This document shows, in pieces, positions 58,701 to 64,000 of a DNA stretch of 64,000 nt. Origin of the DNA: Flavobacteriales bacterium UBA1494 (GTDB lineage Bacteria; Bacteroidota; Bacteroidia; Flavobacteriales_E; Vicingaceae); the NCBI GenBank assembly GCA_905182175.1, contig CAJJAT010000016.1:1202-65201 (forward strand), read 5' to 3'. Each line of letters begins with the position of its first letter. The first letter of the stretch is position 1. The notes beneath the pieces are model-generated. The model was not told where the DNA came from, made no database searches, and saw only the letters and a list, made by a program, of their open reading frames with translations. The translations under genes were made by a program, and so were the position numbers.

Positions 58701-59200
58701 CCACCGCCACCGGAAGCAGCTTTTAGCATTACAGGATAACCAATTATGGCAGCTTCATCTAATGCAACCTCAATGTTTGTTAAAGGCTTCTCATTGCTCT
58801 TAATTACAGGAATTCCATTTGCGATTGCTACCGCTTTTGCTGAGATTTTATCTCCTAAATCTTTTAAAACTGAGACCTTAGGACCGACAAAAATAATTCC
58901 ATTGTCTTCGCATTTTTGTGCAAGGGTTGGATTCTCAGATAAAAAACCATAACCTGGATGTATTGCATCTGCGCCGCTTTCTAAGGCAACCCTAATAATT
59001 TCATCAATGTCTAAATACGGTTTGAGCGGGGCATTGTTTTCGCCAATTTGATATGATTCGTCCGCTTTGTAACGGTGAAGCGAATACCTGTCTTCAAAGG
59101 TATATACACAAACTGTCTTTACGTTTATTTCTGTACAAGCTCTAAATATTCGAATAGCAATTTCGCCTCTGTTTGCAACAAGCACTTTTTTAATTTTCAT
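55748..59200 (-). CDS. pyc: Pyruvate carboxylase (single-chain: biotin carboxylase + carboxyltransferase + BCCP)
   Basis: 1150 aa. N-terminal KVLVANRGEIAIRIFRA, ATP-grasp region, TIM-barrel CT domain (FTDTTMRDAHQS) and the C-terminal biotinyl motif EAMKMES. Confidence 0.9.
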   Translation of the reverse strand: MKIKKVLVANRGEIAIRIFRACTEINVKTVCVYTFEDRYSLHRYKADESYQIGENNAPLKPYLDIDEIIRVALESGADAIHPGYGFLSENPTLAQKCEDNGIIFVGPKVSVLKDLGDKISAKAVAIANGIPVIKSNEKPLTNIEVALDEAAIIGYPVMLKAASGGGGRGMRVIRKSGELKSAFSESKREALNAFGDDTVFLEKFVENPKHIEIQIVADNYGNTVHLFERDCSVQRRYQKVIEFAPSFDLKQEIKDALYKYAIDICTAVHYNNIGTVEFLVDEDGSIYFIEVNPRIQVEHTVTEVVTNIDLVKTQLFIAGGYKLEDQQIKLENQAAVKVNGYALQCRITTEDPQNDFKPDYGEITAYRSASGFGIRLDAGSVYQGAIISPFFDSMLVKLTANSRTLDGACRKVRRALAEFRIRGVKTNMPFLDNILKHETFRKGAVKVNFINQNPDLFIFKAPRNRATKLITYLGDVTVNGNPDVKKTDHTKIFVHPIVPKFDKKASYPKGTKDLLTALGPDKFSEWLKNEKKIHFTDTTMRDAHQSLLATRMRTFDMLKVAEGYAKNNPNIFSMEVWGGATFDVCMRFLQENPWERLQLLRKAMPNVLLQMLIRGSNGVGYTAYSDNLIEKFVEQSWENGVDIFRIFDSLNWMQSIAPCIEHVRNRTNGLAEGAICYTGDILNPKNTKYNLKYYTSLAKDIENAGAHILAIKDMAGLLKPYAAFELVSALKQTVDIPIHLHTHDTSSIQSATYLKAIEAGIDVVDVALGGLSGLTSQPNFNSVVEMMKFNERESNLNIDSLNEYSNYWETVREYYYPFESGLKAGSGEVFKHEIPGGQYSNLKPQAQALGLEDRFHEITQMYSDVNLLFGDIVKVTPSSKVVGDMAQYLVSNNLTTRDVLERGDTISFPQSVVSFFKGDLGQPVGGFPKDLQKLILKDEIPYTNRPNAHIKPLDIDAEYESFRKIFENDLSRPINFTDFLSYKLYPKVFTDAYNQHLKYDSLINLPTKNFFYGMERGEEIMVELDKGKNILISLDSIGRPNEDAMVTVYFKVNGQGRFVQIKDESIKVNKVSNQKATKNDAKEIGAPLQGLLSTILVKKGEKVTKNQPLFVIEAMKMESTITAIEDGKIQKIILSSGTMVNSEDLVLTFE

Positions 59201-60823
59201 CTTTTCGAAAGGGTCTATTTTTATGTTAACAAATGTTGTTGCCGATGGTTCTGCGCGATAGGAGAGGATTTTATTTTTTTGTTAACAACGGATGTATTTA
59301 TAGTCTGACTGATTATTGAAGTGTATTGGACAGATATTTTGCTGAAAGGTTAAAAAATTATTTTTTAGTGGTATTATAGAATTATAAATTATCTATCAAA
59401 TTATTTATTTCATTTATTGGTCTTTAAAACCCTCATTATAGGCAAATAAAATTGTTTTTAAATAATTTAGAGTTATGAATAAACTCTTTATCCACTGCAG
59501 GCAAAGTTTCCACCTTTACGAAGTCTGTAAACAGATTTTGCAGAGAATAAGAAGTAATTAAAGACATCGTAATCCACTGTTAATTATTGCGTGTTGATTT
59601 ATTTTTTGACTTTGTTATTCAACTAATTATGATGCTTTATTTTTTATTCTACAACTGCATTTATTTTAGACTAAAGATTACTGTCAAAATACAACACATT
59701 AGTCAGGTGGATAAAGAAGAATACACATTACGTAAACGCGCGGAGCAGCTAGATAAGCTAGACGAAGGTCATAGCACCAATTCGTTAGTAAGGCAGCGTT
59801 ACAAGCTATAAGAAGTCGAACCAAGAAGTGGTCTAGAGAACGGAATCAGAGGCAAGGAGCAGGAAGGAAGAACTCAATATATGCAAGCAATAAAACCCAT
59901 TGCAAGGCAATTGATCTTGTTTCCATAATAAGTGTAAAGCCTGGTAAAGCAAGGAAGTTAAATTACAGGAGTCAATTACGCGTGGATAGTTTGTCACAAC
60001 GTAATGACAGTAAAAGTCTTACCGCTATAATGGTAAAGAAAATAAGTATTTGCAAGATATTGTTCACCGACTAAAACCTCGATTATGTAAACAAGGATTG
60101 TTGTAGCGTAATTACGTCTTCGATACGGGGCATTGTAGTGGAGAGAATTATGCATTTTAGAAACAATGAGATTAGCGAGTTGTATACCGCCACACGGACT
60201 TAAGAATCATGTATTTAAATATTTACTTATTATAAAAAAGAAGATTACTATCGATTTGTGAACAATGAAAAGATACCGCTCACGAAAGAATTTAGAGCTG
60301 CGCAAAATCAACTTTATAAAATGAATATAGAGGAACAATTCGCCAATGAAGAGGATGTCTACTAAGGAGCGCTTGCATAAGTGCAAAAGCGAATGAGAAG
60401 AGGTTTACTGTAGAATACTTTCGTGCCGAGTAAAATCGTAATTCGAAGCAAGTAAACGAGGTAAATATGGAAAGGAAAATAGCAAAGGATCGAAGAACCT
60501 GTTTTGGGACACTCACTTAATTTATGGGATTAAGAATGGTAAATACAATAGGAACCAGGCAAGCGAATAGGGTAATGAATCGGTCAGTAATTGTTTACCG
60601 GCTAAAAAGTATTTAAAATTTACATGGAAACAGGTGAAAAGTAATGCAACTAGCCTTGGCCGAATTCAATACCTAAAAAAGGCGCTAATAAAATTTATTA
60701 AATCAATGTAAATTGTTCCCTTAATAAATCACAATTGAACTTAAGCGAGTCTTAAATAGGCTAAATTGAAGTCAACTATGACTGAAGTTTTAGGTTGTGC
60801 GACGATTACTTACCACACGGGTT

Positions 60824-61924
60824 TTATTTAGCTATTAAAAAGGATAATTTAACTCTGCTTCCCTTTGGTTTATTTTTGCTTATATCAAATTTTCCTTGAT
60901 AGAAGTTTATGAGTTTTTTACAGGTGACTAATCCAAGCCCTAGACCCTGCTGCTCCATATGTGCTCGATTAAATTGAGTGAAAGCATCAATTTCGTTTAG
61001 TGTTGTTTCATCAAATCCTAAACCTTTGTCAATAACGGTAATATGAACATGAGAGTCGTCTAATTCTACCCCTATGATAACCTTTTCACCTTTATTAGAA
61101 AATTTGAAAGCATTGTCTACAATATTTGTAACAATTACTTTGAAGTGAAACGAAGAAATTTTAGCATCAAAAGACTTAATAAAAAGCTCAATGTCTGCGT
61201 TTCGATTAAATTTTTGGGCAATTATAAGACTTTGTTCTTCTAATTCATATTCACCTGATTCTGCGATTTCTTCTTTTAATGAAGCTGCTTTTTCGACATT
61301 ATTGAGTAGTAATTCAACATCGGTATAATAAATAAACTTTTGCAAAGTGCTTAAGAGTCGATGACCGGAATCAAAAACTCCTGAGGCAAAATATCGAACC
61401 TCCTCCTTATCTAACTCTCTGTCAGGGTCTTTCAATAAGCTAGATAGTCCTATAATGCCGTTAAGGGGAGTAAGTAATTCGTGTGGGATAGCAGCGCTAA
61501 TATTGTATTGTAAGGTTTCTAGCTTCTTTTTTTCAGATTTTTTTCTTTTTTTCTCTTTATCCAAACGACTTTTAATGGATTTAATAAGTAATTCAATGTC
61601 AAATGGTTTTGTAATATAATCGTCTGCTCCAAGAATCATCCCTTCTCGTGTATTCTCAAGAGTCGACTTTGCTGTCAAGAAAATGAAAGGCGTGTGCTCG
61701 AGGTTGTCTATGTTTTTAATTTCTTTGAACACTTCAAAACCGTCTTTAAAGGGCATCATAATGTCACATAATATAAGGTCAGGAAGGTGTTCTATAGCTT
61801 TAAAGATACCTTCTTGTCCATTTTTTGCAGTAAACACAATCATTCCCTCAAATATTAAAATCTCTTTAAGTTCTTCCCGAATACTTTTAGTGTCCTCGAT
61901 GACTAAAATGGTATATTTTTTCAT
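60824..61924 (-). CDS. Hybrid response regulator-histidine kinase (REC + HisKA + HATPase_c)
   Basis: REC with ILVIEDT and LILCDIMMP. H-box AAIPHELLTPLNGIIG. G-boxes VIDKGLGF and GLGLGLVTC. Confidence 0.8.
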   Translation of the reverse strand: MKKYTILVIEDTKSIREELKEILIFEGMIVFTAKNGQEGIFKAIEHLPDLILCDIMMPFKDGFEVFKEIKNIDNLEHTPFIFLTAKSTLENTREGMILGADDYITKPFDIELLIKSIKSRLDKEKKRKKSEKKKLETLQYNISAAIPHELLTPLNGIIGLSSLLKDPDRELDKEEVRYFASGVFDSGHRLLSTLQKFIYYTDVELLLNNVEKAASLKEEIAESGEYELEEQSLIIAQKFNRNADIELFIKSFDAKISSFHFKVIVTNIVDNAFKFSNKGEKVIIGVELDDSHVHITVIDKGLGFDETTLNEIDAFTQFNRAHMEQQGLGLGLVTCKKLINFYQGKFDISKNKPKGSRVKLSFLIAK

Positions 61925-61936
61925 CAGTATTGTTTT

Positions 61937-63871
61937 TTAAGTAGAAAATAAAATTACCTTGAAACTTGATCCTTTACCAAGTTTACTTTCAACTTCTATT
62001 TTTCCCTTGTGTAACTCAACGGCTTTTTTTACAACAGATAATCCCAATCCTGTACCAGAAATATTTTGTGTGTTCTTCCCGCGGTGAAAAGGTTCAAACA
62101 GTAGTTTAATGTCATTTTTAGAAACTCCAATACCATAATCCATAAAGCAAAAAGAAACGCTGCTTCGTTCTTGTTTTATGGTTATTTCAATTGGTTTATC
62201 CTTAGCAGAATACTTTGTCGCATTGGTAAAAAGGTTAATGACTATGTGTTTAATCCATTTTTTATCAGCATGTACCATTATTACAGGTGAGGAGATAATA
62301 TAATCTATGGATTTGCTTTCTGATTCATTGAGTTGGTATTCAGTAATAATGTCCGTTATTAAACTAACAAGATTCAACAGCTCTGGATTATAGTTTAATT
62401 TTTGAGCATCAGATTTTCCAATAATTAAAATATCCTCCAGCATGACGGTCATGTCCTCAACCTCTCTTTTAATTTTTCTCAAACGCTCGTTAATATCTTC
62501 CCTACTTAATTTATCGCCATACCTTAAAACAATATCTGAGGTTGTTTTTATGGAAGTAAGTGGTGTTCTAAATTCATGCGATGCCATTGAAACAAAACTG
62601 GTTTTAAGCTGGCCCAATTCCTTTTCACGTTCTAATGATTCTTCAAGTTTTTGCGTGCGGAGTTTTACTTTAGACTCTAAGTCTTCCTTGTATTCATTAA
62701 GAACGGTAATATCTTGCCCTACACCAAGCATACCGATAATTTTACCATCGACATCACGACGTGTAGATGAGTTTAATAACACCATTAAACGCTTTCCATC
62801 CTTGGCAAACAGAGGAAATTCAAAGTTGGCAGTTTCTTCTCCTTTTAGGGCGTTATCTAATACTCCTTTTACTTGGGTTTGGTAATCTGGGCTTATATAG
62901 TTGGCTACCAAATCCTGTCCTAGTACCTCTGTTTTTAAAAAGCCAGTAATCTTTTCAGAAGTCTGATTCCATTCGTTGATCAGCCCTTTATTGTCTATTC
63001 CAAAAATTGGAGCATTGGCGGTTTCAATAAATTGACGCAATTCCTTAGCAATAGATTCTGTTTCGATACGGGTCTTTGCTAGCTCGTTTTGAAATGCAAG
63101 TTCCTTGAAAGCAAGACTTAATTCATCCGCTCGTTTTTGTTTCTCTTGGTTAGCAAGACTTAATTCGTCTGCTCGTTTTTGTTTCTCTTCGTTTTGAAAC
63201 GCAAGTTCTTTATTTGCAATAGCTAATTCGTCTGCTCGTTTTTGTTTTTCTTCGTTTTGAAACGCGAGTTCTTTATTTGCAATGGCTAATTCGTCTGCAC
63301 GTTTTTGTTTTTCTTCGTTTTGATTGGCAAGTTTTGTGTTAATAATGTCTAAGTCTTCAATTGCTTTTGCTTGAGAAATCTTGAAAGATAGCACAGAAGC
63401 TATTGTAGCCAAAATATTTAAGTCATGACTAGAAAAGTAATCTCTCTCTGGATGCTCACAATCGATAATTCCGATCACATGGCCATCCGAAAGAATAGGG
63501 ACTGTTATCTCTGAATATCGATTTTGATCATTAACTATATATCTAGGGTCTTTTGAAGTGTCGGCAATAATCTCACTTATTCCTGTGAGAGCTACGTGCC
63601 CGCATATACCTTGACCTATTTTCAATTTAATAGGGTTTAGAACATCTTGACCAGTGGGATTTTTATTTCCGTGAGCTGCACATTGAAAAAGTTCTCCCTC
63701 ATTGTTGACCAGGTAAATAATGCAATCAATGTATCCTAAATCTCCAACGGCATCCTTCACAGCACTCCATGCGGTCTCTTCCGTCGAGCAGGGGCTCATT
63801 AGTATTGATCCGAATCGATCGATAGTTTCCAAAAAATCCACCTTTCTCTCATTTTGTGACCTTTCTCTCAT
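61937..63871 (-). CDS. Cytoplasmic GAF - repeat coiled coil - PAS - HisKA - HATPase_c sensor histidine kinase
   Basis: GAF-like N-terminus, a 20-aa tandem repeat (ANKELAFQNEEKQKRADELAI), a PAS region (APIFGIDNKGLINEWN), H-box MASHEFRTPLTSI and GTGLGLSVV. No TM segment. Confidence 0.8.
   Translation of the reverse strand: MRERSQNERKVDFLETIDRFGSILMSPCSTEETAWSAVKDAVGDLGYIDCIIYLVNNEGELFQCAAHGNKNPTGQDVLNPIKLKIGQGICGHVALTGISEIIADTSKDPRYIVNDQNRYSEITVPILSDGHVIGIIDCEHPERDYFSSHDLNILATIASVLSFKISQAKAIEDLDIINTKLANQNEEKQKRADELAIANKELAFQNEEKQKRADELAIANKELAFQNEEKQKRADELSLANQEKQKRADELSLAFKELAFQNELAKTRIETESIAKELRQFIETANAPIFGIDNKGLINEWNQTSEKITGFLKTEVLGQDLVANYISPDYQTQVKGVLDNALKGEETANFEFPLFAKDGKRLMVLLNSSTRRDVDGKIIGMLGVGQDITVLNEYKEDLESKVKLRTQKLEESLEREKELGQLKTSFVSMASHEFRTPLTSIKTTSDIVLRYGDKLSREDINERLRKIKREVEDMTVMLEDILIIGKSDAQKLNYNPELLNLVSLITDIITEYQLNESESKSIDYIISSPVIMVHADKKWIKHIVINLFTNATKYSAKDKPIEITIKQERSSVSFCFMDYGIGVSKNDIKLLFEPFHRGKNTQNISGTGLGLSVVKKAVELHKGKIEVESKLGKGSSFKVILFST
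63075..63340 (-). repeat. In-frame 60-bp tandem repeat (two full units plus partial units) encoding the kinase coiled coil
   Basis: Units near 63190-63249 and 63250-63309 differ at only a few positions, and truncated copies flank them. The protein reads NQNEEKQKRADELAIANKELAFQNEEKQKRADELAIANKELAFQNEEKQKRADELSLANQEKQKRADELSLAFKELAFQNE. Confidence 0.85.
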
Positions 63872-64000
63872 TAAATGTTATATCTGAATTTAAGGTAAAG
63901 CTGTCTGGACTTTTAATGTAAACTTAAAATAATAAAGATACACCAAACATAAGTGATTTATGTTTTCTAGTTCTAATTTTTTAACGTTTTATAATTTAAA

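Noticed and set aside
59587-59811. 74-aa plus-strand ORF, together with the 74-aa minus-strand ORF at 60292-60516, in the ORF-poor block
   Set aside because: They have non-canonical starts and no recognisable domain, and are surrounded by stops in all frames. I treat them as chance ORFs within the unexplained region reported as a finding.
59805-59830. ggttcgac on the minus strand, a possible tRNA T-arm
   Set aside because: The flanking bases do not form the 5-bp T-stem, and no acceptor or anticodon arms can be drawn. I saw no other GGTTCGA/GGTTCAA-type T-loops outside coding regions.
59851-59875. gcaggaaggaagaac, resembling the SRP RNA GGAAGGAAGCAGC core
   Set aside because: The flanking conserved GUCAGGUCC and the symmetric-loop partner are absent, and no stable helix 8-like hairpin can be formed.
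63075-63340. Regularly spaced 60-bp repeats, a possible CRISPR array
   Set aside because: The repeats are contiguous with no unique spacers. They are in frame within a long kinase ORF and encode a coherent coiled-coil peptide. No cas genes are present in the window.

Overview
AT-rich chromosomal segment that looks like Bacteroidota (Flavobacteriia-like). The assignment is inferred from gene content only: a T9SS C-terminal sorting domain, a PorT-like gene next to ubiE, the parA-parB-DUF5683-dapB-lepB arrangement, a CarboxypepD_reg-type TonB receptor, and TAnnTTTG-type -7 boxes.

Layout:
- (i) 1-16352: a minus-strand Wzx/Wzy-type exopolysaccharide locus. Gene order is REC-only regulator, Wza, Wzc, Wzx, GT1, Wzy-like, galE, a strong terminator, then a second unit with an 877-aa kinase-fusion protein, a fused double GT, a DUF1972 GT, a WecA-like transferase and another REC gene that runs off the window.
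- (ii) 16353-22708: a gene-poor decay zone. Only an MscS channel and a 419-aa conserved hypothetical are intact. The rest is ORF-free DNA, an M50-like pseudogene, a serine-hydrolase pseudogene, a GIY-YIG remnant and short dispersed repeats.
- (iii) 22.7-35 kb: TonB receptor, DUF2141, LytS/LytTR two-component pair, a membrane LytTR protein with a small MotA/ExbB-like protein, a metallophosphoesterase with a perfect TGTGA-N6-TCACA site, a secreted hypothetical and a Zn-metalloprotease.
- (iv) 35-46.5 kb: housekeeping genes (mtaB, SGNH hydrolase, PorT-like, ubiE, lepB, dapB, DUF5683, parB, parA, truA, ABC exporter).
- (v) 46.5-55 kb: accessory genes. These are a decayed C-type-lectin T9SS gene, a GT2, a cytoplasmic LRR-protein-kinase fusion, and a 1504-aa T9SS surface protein with two tandem ice-binding-like (DUF3494) domains plus FG-GAP/VCBS repeats.
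- (vi) 55.7-64 kb: pyruvate carboxylase, a 1.6-kb ORF-free stretch, a REC-HK hybrid, and a GAF-PAS-HK with a 60-bp tandem-repeat coiled coil.

By eye I found no rRNA, tRNA, CRISPR array or intact transposase.

Best leads for something undescribed:
- the 877-aa APH-like/NTase-like/P-loop-kinase fusion that heads the second EPS transcription unit
- an 18/19-identical cis-element upstream of both EPS units
- the LRR-kinase
- the tandem-DUF3494 T9SS giant
- two long ORF-free regions whose composition looks like coding sequence

All functional calls come from motif recognition by eye. No database search was run.
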